A stretch of DNA of 64,000 nt from Minisyncoccota bacterium (GCA_028687715.1 JAQTZP010000002.1:20038-84037); one strand, 5' to 3'; positions 26,706 to 37,657 are shown, counted from the stretch's first letter. A program made the numbers and translations. Notes: generated by a model not told the origin, from the letters alone.

Positions 26706-27149
26706 TTAGAAAAGTTTCTGAGAACCTAATTTTTCGCTAAACGCCTCATTAACCAATTTATCAGCTTCTTTGTTTTTCTCCCTGGGAATTAATTTGAATT
26801 TTACTTTTCCAAAATCAAGCTTTAAGTTCCAAACTTCTAAAAATAATGGCTGGATTTTCTCATCCACTATTTTATACTCCCCGCTTAACTGTTTTACCAT
26901 AAGTTCGGAATCTGACCTTATTTCCACATTAGACTTTTTCGCCAATTCTTTGCCAAAAAGCGCTTTAAACTTCTTTAAGGCAAAAATCAAAGCTCTATAC
27001 TCTGCCTCGTTATTTGTGAAATTATCACCTAAGAATTCAGAGTATTTTTTAATAGCTTGCTCCTTCTCATTTAAGAAAACAACGCCTATTGCTGCTGGCC
27101 CCGGGTTTCCCTTAGAGCCTCCGTCTGTATAAATAATTATCTTTTTCAT
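26706..27149 (-). CDS. rnhA: ribonuclease HI family protein
   Basis: 147 aa. IYTDGGSKGNPG, NNEAEYRAL, SDSELM and NKEADKL supply the DEDD residues. Confidence 0.88.
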   Translation of the reverse strand: MKKIIIYTDGGSKGNPGPAAIGVVFLNEKEQAIKKYSEFLGDNFTNNEAEYRALIFALKKFKALFGKELAKKSNVEIRSDSELMVKQLSGEYKIVDEKIQPLFLEVWNLKLDFGKVKFKLIPREKNKEADKLVNEAFSEKLGSQKLF

Positions 27150-27150
27150 A

Positions 27151-30100
27151 TTATTTAAGACATATTATACAGCCGTCCCAGTTGCCGATTACAGGCTTTA
27201 ATGAACCGGCCCAGCCGTAATTAAAGGTAATATCGGCAGACCCGGCGCTGTTTGAATTCTTAAGCATAAAAGTAGATGTCTTTGGACTATATACGCCAAT
27301 AGTATCATTTCCGTCATTATCCCAGTCACCAATCACAGGCATTAATCCTGTATTTGGAGCTCCATAGTTAAAAGTAATATCAGCTGGTCCAAAAGAATTA
27401 TTGTTTTTTAGATAAAATACGGATTTAACAGGATCATAAACGCCTATTGTATCAATACCGTCATTATTCCAATCCCCTATTATAGGTATTAGTTCTGTAT
27501 TAGAAGGTCCGTAATTAAACATCATATCAGCCGAGCCGGCGCTGTTTGAGTTTTTCAGCATAAATGTTGAACTTTTAGGATCATAAACACCTATTGTATC
27601 AACTCCATCGTTGTTCCAGTCTCCTGAAAGAGGAATTAAATCTGCATTAGAGGGACCATAATTGAAAGTAATATCGGCAAATCCGGCATTATTTGAATTC
27701 CTCAGCATAAAAGTGGATGATTTTCTGCTGTAAACTCCTATTGTATCAATTCCGTCATTATTCCAATCTCCTCTAAGGGATATAAGGTTGGTATTGGGAG
27801 CGCCGTAGCCAAAGGTGATATCGGCATAACCGCAAGAATTATCATTTTTAAGGTAAAACACGGACTTGAAAGAATCATACACAGCTATCGTATCCTTTTT
27901 ATACTCCTTAACCCTTTCATACTCTTTTAATATCTCATCAGGACTCAGCTTGTAATTCCAAATCTTTAATTCATCGATAATTCCTGAAAAATAATTGCTT
28001 CCTTTAAGACCTCCTATCGTTAAATTAGATTTTTTATCAATGTATGAATTATTAAATGTTAGTTTCGATGAAAATGCTCCGTCTATGTAAAACTCCCAGG
28101 TTTTTAAATTATTATCAGCAATTATATCAAATTTATGCCACTTATCATCTACTTTCATATTAAGTGTTTTGCTTTCAGTATTTGAACCGTTGTCGCTTAC
28201 AAAAACACTCCATTTATCAGTTGAAGCTGGAATATATACAGCCCACATTCTTTTATTAGCAGCATAGTCCCACATAGATATAGGGTAGGAGTTAACAGCA
28301 TAATCACTCTTATCTGACTTGGCCCAGAAGCTGATAGTCATTGTATCTGAATAAAACAATGAATTGTAATCAACCTTTACATAATCATTGATGCCGTCAA
28401 ACCTTAAAGCCCTGCCTACTTTTCCATCAACATAGCTTCCTCCATAACTTGTTGCGCTATTATTTTCAGTCTGGTCATCTATATTATTTTCAAAACTATA
28501 ATAAGCTACCAACTCCTTAAAAGGAACTGCTGAGGAAACTTTAATGTCTGTTGTTCCTGTAACAGGTTGTTCTAATTCTTCATTTGGCTTAATATCTTCC
28601 AAGATAACATTAGAATCATAGATGCCAGATTGAGGGTCAATATACCTTGCATAAACCTCATAACTATCTTTAGTATCAGAAATCTGATCTGCAATATCTG
28701 GATTTTCCTCCAAGAATTTCTGATTATCATAAGATGATACTACATAATGACAATTAGCAATATCCTTGGGAATAAATATCCATTCTGGAGAATCCTGATT
28801 ATCCCCTGAAATGATTGCTTCTGGAATCTGATTCTCGTATTCCCCTGTTTCATAATTAATTCCTATATGCCTTCCATCATCGCAGTAAAGGTGAAGATCT
28901 ATATCGGGAAGGGTTATTGTGCTAAGTGATGAGTTAGAAAAATTAGAAATTAAATTTTTACCATCAACTATTATTCTAGGAATAATACTGAAACATACTA
29001 AAATAAAAAATATTAAAGACGCTATAATAACTATCAGAATCACTAATGACAAAATTTTTAATGATTTTTTAAGCTCTTCACTTCTTATATTCTTAACTAG
29101 CAACCAAATAGCAATGATTCCTGCGAAGAAGATAATAAGCGAATAAATTATGACATCGTTAACTCTATAAATAATCCTGCTCCATAACCAGCAGTCTGGA
29201 CCTAATTCGGCAAAAATTATAACTCTATCGCCAACTCTAAAAGAATATCTTGTATTCGTAGAATTTTTTACTAAAATTTCATTAATTTCTCCCGTTGAAG
29301 ATTTTATTTTATAAATAAAATAATCAGGCGGAACAGGTTCTAACCATCCTTCACTACCGTACATAACAGAAGGAGCTGGCTGAATTTCATCAATAGTTCC
29401 TATTATATAAGTTTTTTTAGTTAAACAGGGATTACTAAAATCAGAATTCTGAATCGTTTCCTGCTTTATTATATTTCTAAATAATGATGATGGCCTTAAA
29501 ATAACTCCCCAGAATTTATCACTAAATGATTCTTTAGTTATTTCTTCAATTTTTGCCTGAATTTCGTATTTATTATTAATACTTCTATCAGTTATCGCTG
29601 AGAATTTTACTAAATTATCTAAATCTCTATAGGTTTCGTTTATCAGGGGACTTAGAACTCCGTCATTTATTGAACCACTACCAGGAATAGTTATATATCT
29701 ATATTGATTCCACATCATTCCTTTCGGATAATCGCTAAAATCATCTGAAATATAACCATATTCTTGTAATCCTTTTGTATCCACGTAATATAAAATCATA
29801 TTTTTATCACCTATCAAAGGCAACCCAGGCGTAGAGGAATCCCATGTTTTTAGATTTCTATTCCTTACTTCTAAGATATAATATTTTGATGATTCATCAT
29901 TTATATCATCTGTTAAATTATATCTAAATACACTATCCCCGAATTCGCTTGTCTCTAAAGAATTAATCCAGTATTCTCCATAAGCAGATTTAGGATAAAT
30001 ATCATATTTTAACCATCCTAAGAATTCTTTTAAGTAAGAACTCATATAAGGAGGATCAGTACCCTTAATATTCAGCAAACCCCCGTTCCAAGAACCTTCT

Positions 30101-32340
30101 GCCATTAAATCCCATTCCTTTACATCGCCCATTTTATAGATATCAGGAGTTATGGTATTTTCAGGAGTTATTAAAGCTCCAATTATATGTCCTATTTCAT
30201 GACACCAGGCACCTATAGGATCATCTTCGGCAACAATAATCTTATAAGGAGGATAACCTAAAGGATGGCCGGTTAGAGACCATGTTTCTGTAATTAATTT
30301 ATTTTCTGTCCGTTGCCCAGAGGTCCCGGAATGAATAACAATAACTATATCTTTACTAGATATATCAATACCTTTATTTATTGCTAAATTTATAGCATCT
30401 ATAACAAATTCCTGCTCACCCTTTCCTTCTCTCTTCTTACTTGAAAGATAATAATCATTTTCATTCTTACTTGTTTTAAACCACTCTCCATCATTATCAT
30501 AAATTGTGAATTTTAAATTAATCCTGTCAAAAGAATTTTCTTTATGATAATCATTTACACAATAAGCTAAATCTTGATAATAATCTTTATTATAGCCGTT
30601 TGGATAAGTTCTTTCTGGTAAAAGCTTACAAGGTCGTTCAGTTACAGAACCAGTAATATGAGAAACATCATTTGGCTCAGCCAATATTACAGCAACATTT
30701 ATAACCTTTTGTTCCGGAACCTCAATATTTTTAAAGCATCTGCTTGACTTACCGCCAACATCTTTTATCTCTACCCAAACCTCTTTATCCCCGCTGGTAG
30801 CAAACATCCAATCTTTAATCTTAGCCTGGGCATCCCAATCTCCTGATGAATTATTCCAATTGTACCAGCTTGTCCATTCTCCTTCTGGATTATTATTTTG
30901 AGAATCATCGCTTGAAAATCTTACCTCTTTAATACCGCTGTCATCAGTAGAATCACCGACATAAATATCAAAGAATTCTCCAACACCTACTTTATCTGTT
31001 GAATCTAAGGTATCTTTCTTACGAAGCTCAATAGAGCAAGAAGGCGGCTCATTTGCAATCCCAGCTTTATAAAACTTGCCGCCTGTTACTGGAGAATTAA
31101 TATAAAGGGATTTATCAGCCCCCAGAGAAATAAACTCGCCTGCGTAGCTAAAATTAAAATCAATAAGCTTTTTTTCTCCTAATTGGTTAAAAATATATAA
31201 TCTTGAAGATGGATAAGACCTTAAAAGAACATAGATATTATCTTCTGAATCGATCAATAAATAACTGGGATTTCCGTATGCGTCAAATTTCTGCTCAAAT
31301 AATTTATAGCCTTCTGGCGTAAAAGCAACCATTCTCGAAAAACCGCCTCCGCTCGGCGTATAAGACCAGTTAACTATGTAAATATTTCCTTTGGAATCTA
31401 TTGATTGGCTTGGACGCCAGGTTTTAAGGACTTTTTCCCATTTATCCGACATAGGATTCTCTATATCAATAGCATGGAGATGATTACTAGTACCTTCATC
31501 TGTAAGATTTCTCCAATCGCTTTCACCATTTACTATCACGTAAATTATAGAATTATCAACAATAGACGGGATACCCACTTCAGGCTCACAAGTATAATAT
31601 TTACACTTAGAAACAAACACCCTATGCCACTTTTCAACTCCTTCAGAGCTAACAGAATAAAGATTATTTTTATAACCGAAATAAGCTGTCCCGTCAGCGC
31701 CAACCGCAAGAGAGAAAACGCTTTGGATAAAACGACCTTCTTTTTCAAACTGCCAGACAATATCTCCTGTATCAGAATTTAAAACCACTAATTTGATGAA
31801 ATTTCCATCAAAACTGTTAGCTAAAAAATAAATTCTGTTATTAACCGCTATGGGATAACCTACGGGATAGAATTCATTGATAATCTTCTGCTGCCAAATA
31901 ATATTTCCATTATAATCAAACATTAAAAGAGATGCCTCTTTAGTTGTATTGTCTGTAGAATAGAAAAAAATACCTTTGTTAGGCGCCACAATAGGACTGC
32001 CGCTGAGGTTCAAAGATGTTGGATAATACCATTTTTGGGTTCCGTCAGGATAAAAAGCATATAATCCTGTTTGATTATTAATCTTTGCTGTAAAATAAAT
32101 AACACCAGAAGAATCAACTACGGGTACATTAAAGATGGCTTTATCTCCTCCATCAATAAATACCCCTGCCTCTATATTATTATTAAATCCAGGTCCAGCA
32201 TAAGAACTTTTTCCCGTGCGGCTGGCATTATATTGAAACATCGGCCAGGGATCTTCTGCTATTTCAGCGCAGATAGAATTAGCAGATAAAAATATCCCCA
32301 TAAATAAGGATATTAAAAAGTAGTATTTTATTCTTTTCAT
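27151..32340 (-). CDS. 1729-aa multidomain surface protein: beta-propeller + M6/InhA-like zincin + two central TM helices + LamG-like + FG-GAP/VCBS-like repeats
   Basis: Signal peptide, then WPMFQYNASRTGKS (PQQ-like propeller start) and AWCHEIGHIIG (HExxH) with a downstream WDLMAEGSWNG. Two hydrophobic helices are encoded at about 28975-29160. GRALRFDGINDYVKVD...IDELKIWNY looks LamG-like. There are five C-terminal GDWNNDGxDTIGVY repeats. Confidence 0.85.
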   Translation of the reverse strand: MKRIKYYFLISLFMGIFLSANSICAEIAEDPWPMFQYNASRTGKSSYAGPGFNNNIEAGVFIDGGDKAIFNVPVVDSSGVIYFTAKINNQTGLYAFYPDGTQKWYYPTSLNLSGSPIVAPNKGIFFYSTDNTTKEASLLMFDYNGNIIWQQKIINEFYPVGYPIAVNNRIYFLANSFDGNFIKLVVLNSDTGDIVWQFEKEGRFIQSVFSLAVGADGTAYFGYKNNLYSVSSEGVEKWHRVFVSKCKYYTCEPEVGIPSIVDNSIIYVIVNGESDWRNLTDEGTSNHLHAIDIENPMSDKWEKVLKTWRPSQSIDSKGNIYIVNWSYTPSGGGFSRMVAFTPEGYKLFEQKFDAYGNPSYLLIDSEDNIYVLLRSYPSSRLYIFNQLGEKKLIDFNFSYAGEFISLGADKSLYINSPVTGGKFYKAGIANEPPSCSIELRKKDTLDSTDKVGVGEFFDIYVGDSTDDSGIKEVRFSSDDSQNNNPEGEWTSWYNWNNSSGDWDAQAKIKDWMFATSGDKEVWVEIKDVGGKSSRCFKNIEVPEQKVINVAVILAEPNDVSHITGSVTERPCKLLPERTYPNGYNKDYYQDLAYCVNDYHKENSFDRINLKFTIYDNDGEWFKTSKNENDYYLSSKKREGKGEQEFVIDAINLAINKGIDISSKDIVIVIHSGTSGQRTENKLITETWSLTGHPLGYPPYKIIVAEDDPIGAWCHEIGHIIGALITPENTITPDIYKMGDVKEWDLMAEGSWNGGLLNIKGTDPPYMSSYLKEFLGWLKYDIYPKSAYGEYWINSLETSEFGDSVFRYNLTDDINDESSKYYILEVRNRNLKTWDSSTPGLPLIGDKNMILYYVDTKGLQEYGYISDDFSDYPKGMMWNQYRYITIPGSGSINDGVLSPLINETYRDLDNLVKFSAITDRSINNKYEIQAKIEEITKESFSDKFWGVILRPSSLFRNIIKQETIQNSDFSNPCLTKKTYIIGTIDEIQPAPSVMYGSEGWLEPVPPDYFIYKIKSSTGEINEILVKNSTNTRYSFRVGDRVIIFAELGPDCWLWSRIIYRVNDVIIYSLIIFFAGIIAIWLLVKNIRSEELKKSLKILSLVILIVIIASLIFFILVCFSIIPRIIVDGKNLISNFSNSSLSTITLPDIDLHLYCDDGRHIGINYETGEYENQIPEAIISGDNQDSPEWIFIPKDIANCHYVVSSYDNQKFLEENPDIADQISDTKDSYEVYARYIDPQSGIYDSNVILEDIKPNEELEQPVTGTTDIKVSSAVPFKELVAYYSFENNIDDQTENNSATSYGGSYVDGKVGRALRFDGINDYVKVDYNSLFYSDTMTISFWAKSDKSDYAVNSYPISMWDYAANKRMWAVYIPASTDKWSVFVSDNGSNTESKTLNMKVDDKWHKFDIIADNNLKTWEFYIDGAFSSKLTFNNSYIDKKSNLTIGGLKGSNYFSGIIDELKIWNYKLSPDEILKEYERVKEYKKDTIAVYDSFKSVFYLKNDNSCGYADITFGYGAPNTNLISLRGDWNNDGIDTIGVYSRKSSTFMLRNSNNAGFADITFNYGPSNADLIPLSGDWNNDGVDTIGVYDPKSSTFMLKNSNSAGSADMMFNYGPSNTELIPIIGDWNNDGIDTIGVYDPVKSVFYLKNNNSFGPADITFNYGAPNTGLMPVIGDWDNDGNDTIGVYSPKTSTFMLKNSNSAGSADITFNYGWAGSLKPVIGNWDGCIICLK
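27154..27910 (-). repeat. five tandem ~46-codon coding repeats (FG-GAP/VCBS-like)
   Basis: Repeated DTIGVY..S.F.LKN.N..G.ADITFNYG.....L.P..GDWNNDG. The DNA copies are visibly similar, e.g. attgtatcaat(t/a)ccgtcattattccaatc. Confidence 0.8.
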
Positions 32341-32362
32341 ATATTTTAGATTTAATAACTAA

Positions 32363-33520
32363 TTATTTCTCAAAATATTTAACAAGGCATTCTCTAAACT
32401 CCTCCAAATGCTTATTTAATATCCTGAACCCTGCTGCCTGGGGATGACCTCCGTAGGTCATAAGGTGCGTGGAGCAATTCTTCATTGCTTCAACCAAATT
32501 GTATTCAGACGGAGCCCTGGAGCCCGCTCTTATATCTTTTTTGCCTTTTTTATACAAAAATACAGGCTTTCTATGCCTCTGGACTAAAATTGAGGCTGCT
32601 ACTCCTAAAAGTTCAAGTTCCCAATCTTCTTTTCCTTCAAAGATTATAATATCTGAATCTCTGCCGAAAACCCTTCTCTCAACCGCATCTACTATTTCTT
32701 TAACTCTTTCTTTTTTCTCTTTTCCTTTTAAAACCAATAATTTAGCCAGCTTATGAGCTTCCTTTTCATCAGAAGCGGTTAAAAGCCTAAATGAAGCAGG
32801 CATTCTGTCTTTAACATCCCTTATATTCAATAAAGAATTTACCTTATACACTCTGTCTAATAATTTTAAGGAATCTGATTCCTCAAGCTTAAAAAGGGTT
32901 TGAATGCCAGGCCTCCAGCTTGACTCTAAGTAGCTTAAACCCTCGTTTATCATTTCTTCATTTTCCTCTATCTTAGGCATCATATCAGCAATGGTTGCCA
33001 TAGCAGCAAGCTCTAAGAAATTCTTCCTTAAGGTCTCTGTAAGTTTTTCCTTTAGTATTGCTTCAGCAAGCTTAAAGGTTAAGCCAGCGTTTGCAAATTG
33101 CTTAAAAGGATAATTATCCCCCTTCTGTTTAGGGTCAACAATAATGGAAGCGTCTGGAAGCTTATCTAAAACTTCATGATGGTCAATTATAATCACCTCA
33201 AAATCAAGCTTATTCGCCGCCTCTACTTCTTTAAAGTTTCCTATTCCAAAATCCAACGTTATAATCAATGCTGGTGCATGCTTTTTAAAATACTTCAAGG
33301 AATCAAGCGTTAAACCATATCCTTCGCTTTCTCTGTCAGGAAAATATATCTCTTTAGGCTCTCTGCCAAGACTGGTTATAACTTCCTTTAAAATAATAAC
33401 AGAGGTCACTCCGTCCAAATCAGAATCTCCGCAAATGATTATTCTTTCATTGGATTTTATCGCCTTTAAAATCCTTCTTGCCGCTTTTTCAAGGTTTTTT
33501 ATTTCAGGCTTTTTTATCAT
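32363..33520 (-). CDS. DHH-family phosphoesterase (RecJ/NrnA-like, short form)
   Basis: 385 aa. DSDLDGVTS, IIIDHHE and the DHHA1 motif GGHPQAAG. Confidence 0.8.
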   Translation of the reverse strand: MIKKPEIKNLEKAARRILKAIKSNERIIICGDSDLDGVTSVIILKEVITSLGREPKEIYFPDRESEGYGLTLDSLKYFKKHAPALIITLDFGIGNFKEVEAANKLDFEVIIIDHHEVLDKLPDASIIVDPKQKGDNYPFKQFANAGLTFKLAEAILKEKLTETLRKNFLELAAMATIADMMPKIEENEEMINEGLSYLESSWRPGIQTLFKLEESDSLKLLDRVYKVNSLLNIRDVKDRMPASFRLLTASDEKEAHKLAKLLVLKGKEKKERVKEIVDAVERRVFGRDSDIIIFEGKEDWELELLGVAASILVQRHRKPVFLYKKGKKDIRAGSRAPSEYNLVEAMKNCSTHLMTYGGHPQAAGFRILNKHLEEFRECLVKYFEK

Positions 33521-34689
33521 TTTTCTAATGCTTTAAGACCGGGAAGCTCCTCATTTGCCAAAAAACTAAGCATTGCTCCTCCGCCGCCAGAAACATGGCT
33601 GAAATCATCTATCAGCCCGAATTTAGAAACTGCGAATAAAGTATCCCCTCCCCCAACCACTTTATAAGATCTTTTATTCTTAATAATGCCTAAGCCTATC
33701 TCTTTAGTGCCTTTTTCAAACAAAGGATTTTCAAATAGGCCCATTGGTCCTGACCAGACAATTGTCTTTGAATCTTTAATTATTTTTAAATAATAATCTA
33801 TTGTCTTTTTCCCTATATCCAAACTGAACTCATTCTCTTTTACTTCTTTTACGTCTTTATTTAAAACTCCCTCTCTGCCTGATATATCCAAAGAAACCAA
33901 AACATCCTCTGGCAGATAAATCTTTGAAGAATTTATGTCAAAATCTCTTATTGCTTCTTTTTCTTTTAAAAAATCATCTTTTCTATGAAATACTCCCCTT
34001 GCCTCTAAAATAGTATTAGCCACCTTTCCGCCTAAAAGAATATAATCTGCTTTTTCCAAGAAGTTCTTGATTACTTTCGCCTTGGTGGATATTTTAGCGC
34101 CTCCAATAACAGCAGTAAAAGGTTTTTCAGGGCTTTCAATAATTCTATTTAACGCCTCAAGCTCTTTTTCCATTAAAAAACCTATTCCAGAATCAAGATA
34201 TCTTGAAACAGCTGATACTGACGCATGGCTCCTATGAGATACGCTGAAAGCATCGTTGATATAGATATCCTTATTTCTTGCCAATTCTTTGGCAAAATTG
34301 ATATCATTTTCCTTTTCCTGATTATGAAACCTTAAATTCTCAAGAAGGATAATTTCCCCCTGCTTCATATTTTGAACCTCTTTCTCTGCCTCCTTTCCGA
34401 TGCAGTCTTCTGTTTTCTTAATCTGCCTGTTCAGAAGTTTAGTTAATTTATCTCTGACTTTATCAAGCTTTAAATAATTTCCTTCTGAGTCTTCAAGATG
34501 GCTCATTAGAATAACCTTTGCCTTGTGTTTTAGAAGATATTTTATTGTCGGAACAGCTTTTTTTATTCTGAAATCATCTTCAATCTCCCCCTTTTCATTT
34601 AAAGGAACGTTAAAATCGCACCTAACCAATACTTTTTTATTATTAAAATCAAAATCTTTTAAAGTTTTCATACTACTCTTTATTCTCAT
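33517..34689 (-). CDS. pgk: phosphoglycerate kinase
   Basis: 390 aa. VRCDFNVP and the C-terminal GGGDT..STGGGA-like VGGGDT...VSGGGGAMLSFL. Confidence 0.95.
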   Translation of the reverse strand: MRIKSSMKTLKDFDFNNKKVLVRCDFNVPLNEKGEIEDDFRIKKAVPTIKYLLKHKAKVILMSHLEDSEGNYLKLDKVRDKLTKLLNRQIKKTEDCIGKEAEKEVQNMKQGEIILLENLRFHNQEKENDINFAKELARNKDIYINDAFSVSHRSHASVSAVSRYLDSGIGFLMEKELEALNRIIESPEKPFTAVIGGAKISTKAKVIKNFLEKADYILLGGKVANTILEARGVFHRKDDFLKEKEAIRDFDINSSKIYLPEDVLVSLDISGREGVLNKDVKEVKENEFSLDIGKKTIDYYLKIIKDSKTIVWSGPMGLFENPLFEKGTKEIGLGIIKNKRSYKVVGGGDTLFAVSKFGLIDDFSHVSGGGGAMLSFLANEELPGLKALEK

Positions 34690-36292
34690 CCTTAAACCTG
34701 TTTAGCGATTCCTTTAATGTCTTCTTTAATTCCTCTAAATTAACCTCTTTCTTTTTTTTCTTTAAAGAATCTGTTTGAGGCTTTTGAACTGGTTTCGGAC
34801 TTCTTCCAAATGTAACGGTTTCAGTCTCTATTGCTTTATCCAAAGAAATATTTGGAGATTCCTTTATTTTCTTAAAGCAGGATTTGCAGTAAACAGGCCT
34901 TTTTGAATCAGGAGGAAAAACAACCTTTGTGTCCTTTCCGCATAAAGCGCATCGGGCATCATAGAGAGTTTGCTCCTTCTGCTCTTTTGAAGCCTTTTTT
35001 GAAACAGCATCAGTTTTTAAAAATCCAATCCATTTGCTTATCTTTTCTTCTACTTTCTTTCTGGGAGTAGCATATTTTTCTCTTGAAACGTTCACTATCT
35101 TGTCTTTATTTGAAGTAGATGGTTTTGGAAAAGGCTCAAGAGTTCTGGCGGAGAATGCCCGGCCGGCAAGCCCGTCAATCATCAGTTTTAAATAAATATC
35201 ATATTTTGCCAGATTTACAAAGTCTTCAGCGTTAAACTCCGGACCGAACTCTTTTTCTAAAAACTCAGCGTCCTCGGCTCCGATTCTAAACGAGATTATA
35301 GTGCCCACATTGCCGAAAACCGCATCTCTTACTTTTTCATCCATCTGGGCTATGTACTGATGGGCTAAAATCAAAGCTAAGCGGTATTTTCTGGCTTCAG
35401 ATAAGATATTAACAAAAGATTCTGTTGCGAAATTCTGAAATTCATCAACGTATAGATAGAAATCTTTTCTTTTCTCCTCGGGAATATCAACTCTAGACAT
35501 AGCGGCCAACTGAAGCTTGGTAATTAAAAGCGCGCCTAAAAGCATAGAGTTGTCTTCTCCTATCCTGCCTTTGGATAAATTCAGAATCAATATCTTTTCT
35601 TTGTCCATTACTTCCCTCATATTAATAGAAGACCTCACTTGGCCGACAATATTTCTTATCAAAGGAGCGGAGATAAATTGACCGACTTTATTCTGAATTG
35701 CGGCGGTTGCCTCTACTTCATAGCGCTGGGTATAGTTTGCAAACTCATTGAGCCAGAAAGCTTTTACAATCGGGTCGGTGACCTTTTCTATTACCTTCTT
35801 CCTAAAATCAGGGTCTGAAAGCATTCTGTTAATGCCTAATAAGGTAGAACCGGGATATTCTAAAAGAGCCAGAATGGTATTATTTAAGATGTATTCCATT
35901 CTGGCAGACCAGACATCAGGCCAAATCTTTTTGAAAACCCCCATTAAGCCTCCGGCAACCAAATGCCGATGCTCTACATCAACTTTCTCCATTACATTAA
36001 AAGCAATGGGCCAATCAAGGTCTGCCGGGTTAAAATAAATAACATCGTTGATTCTATTTGAAGGAACAAATTCCAACAGCTCTTCAGCCGCTTCTCCGTG
36101 GGGGTCTACAAAACCAATGCCTTTTCCTTCTTGAATATCCTGAATTGCCATATTCTCAAGCATCTTTGACTTGCCCATTCCTGTTTTCCCTATAGCATAA
36201 ACATGCCGACGTCTATCGTCGGTCTTGATGCCAAACTTCTTCCTTATATTCCTAAAAGTTGTTTCAGCGAAAAAGGCTATCTGTTTAGCCAT
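34673..36292 (-). CDS. VirD4/TraD-like P-loop ATPase with C-terminal CxxC...CxxC zinc ribbon
   Basis: Walker A GKTGMGKS, Walker B FYLYVDEFQNF, ARKYRLALILAHQY (TraG/TraD C-terminal type), and a C-terminal CALCGKD...CKSCF. Confidence 0.78.
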   Translation of the reverse strand: MAKQIAFFAETTFRNIRKKFGIKTDDRRRHVYAIGKTGMGKSKMLENMAIQDIQEGKGIGFVDPHGEAAEELLEFVPSNRINDVIYFNPADLDWPIAFNVMEKVDVEHRHLVAGGLMGVFKKIWPDVWSARMEYILNNTILALLEYPGSTLLGINRMLSDPDFRKKVIEKVTDPIVKAFWLNEFANYTQRYEVEATAAIQNKVGQFISAPLIRNIVGQVRSSINMREVMDKEKILILNLSKGRIGEDNSMLLGALLITKLQLAAMSRVDIPEEKRKDFYLYVDEFQNFATESFVNILSEARKYRLALILAHQYIAQMDEKVRDAVFGNVGTIISFRIGAEDAEFLEKEFGPEFNAEDFVNLAKYDIYLKLMIDGLAGRAFSARTLEPFPKPSTSNKDKIVNVSREKYATPRKKVEEKISKWIGFLKTDAVSKKASKEQKEQTLYDARCALCGKDTKVVFPPDSKRPVYCKSCFKKIKESPNISLDKAIETETVTFGRSPKPVQKPQTDSLKKKKKEVNLEELKKTLKESLNRFKDENKE

Positions 36293-36306
36293 TTAAGATA
36301 TTTATA

Positions 36307-37647
36307 TTATTCTTCTAATAAATCTTCTGTTGGGAGCCCCATAGGAGCTTCTCCTTTTTTAGCTTCAACCCTTGAAACAAAAGGCGCAGAAGCATAACTT
36401 TTTCCTGGGAAATGAAACAAACTTGCCAGCTCTTCTGTATTTAGAATAAACGAAGTAGGGAATTTACTATTCTTTGGATAAAGCGGGTCAAATCTCTCGC
36501 AGTAATATCTAAACATTCTTCTTTTCCTAAGGTATAATCTTCTCTGTCTGGTAAGGTTTTTAGGCAGAAACCAGCTTTTCTTTATCTTGGTTAAAGTAGG
36601 ACCATAAGGAACCAAAGCATTAAGATTTTCAGTGAAATAAAAAGCGAAATAGCCGAATGCCAGTCTTAAATTTATTCTTTTAAAAGCGCCCTTTTTGCCT
36701 AAATAAATAAATCTTGCAGAGGCTTTAAATCCCGGCTTTGATATCTTTTCTTCAACAGCGCTGATTACTTCTTTTTCTCCCGGAGTTAATTTCATCTCCG
36801 GAGGAAACATCGGCTCCTCTTTCTTCTTCTCTTGGGGCGGCTCACCAGTGATTAAAACATCAGCAGCTTCCAAGATTATAGGTTTTCTGGGAGCCTCTTT
36901 TTTAGTTCTTTTAGCCAGTTCGTCTCTTATCCTTCCGCCCTCTGTTATCCAGGGCAGATCTTCATTACTGACCGGTTCAGCCATAATTTGGATCCAAAGC
37001 TGCTCGCCAGGCTTTAATTTAGCCATCAGCTCTAAAAGACCGGCTATCGGGTCAATCCTTTTTTCTTCTTTTGTTTCGTGCTCGGTCTCAAACTTGGGAT
37101 AGGTTTTAATGGGATAGGGACTGGGCTTTAATACCTTGTAGTCAGAAGCCCAAAGATCCCAGTCTTTATTCGGAATATCTCTTGGAACCAGTTTTGTATA
37201 ATCTTCTGCTTCAGTAATTTCTGCTTCTGGATACTGGGAGTAAATTATTGCTTCTACCCCGTCTTTAGGAACAGTGTCAGGAATCCTGACATAGAAATGA
37301 GGTTCTCCGCCGATTGAAGCAATCTCAAATGAATATGATAATTGAACCTCGCCGTCTATCCATTTCTCCCAAAAATCAGGAGGCTTGTAAATAATCTGGC
37401 GAAGACCTGAAAGCACGACCTCCATTGCCCTAATAGGCTTTAAGACCTCTTTGGGCATTTTTATTTCCAGAACAGTGAATTTCCTTTTATTGAGCCAAAG
37501 ATCTACTCGCCACCATCTGTAGAGAAAACGAACAGGCTTAAATAAAATAAAGGGAAGCAGAAGCCACCACCACAGCTTTAAGATCTCATAGAGCTTAAAA
37601 ACAATTATGTTGAGTTCTTTTAATAAATTTAAAAAATCAAATGGCAT
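36307..37647 (-). CDS. membrane protein of unknown function, tightly linked to the TraD-like ATPase
   Basis: 446 aa with N-terminal hydrophobic helices (LKLWWWLLLPFILF) and no recognisable motif. Its stop lies 14 nt upstream of the ATPase start. Confidence 0.6.
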   Translation of the reverse strand: MPFDFLNLLKELNIIVFKLYEILKLWWWLLLPFILFKPVRFLYRWWRVDLWLNKRKFTVLEIKMPKEVLKPIRAMEVVLSGLRQIIYKPPDFWEKWIDGEVQLSYSFEIASIGGEPHFYVRIPDTVPKDGVEAIIYSQYPEAEITEAEDYTKLVPRDIPNKDWDLWASDYKVLKPSPYPIKTYPKFETEHETKEEKRIDPIAGLLELMAKLKPGEQLWIQIMAEPVSNEDLPWITEGGRIRDELAKRTKKEAPRKPIILEAADVLITGEPPQEKKKEEPMFPPEMKLTPGEKEVISAVEEKISKPGFKASARFIYLGKKGAFKRINLRLAFGYFAFYFTENLNALVPYGPTLTKIKKSWFLPKNLTRQRRLYLRKRRMFRYYCERFDPLYPKNSKFPTSFILNTEELASLFHFPGKSYASAPFVSRVEAKKGEAPMGLPTEDLLEE

Positions 37648-37657
37648 TATATTATTT

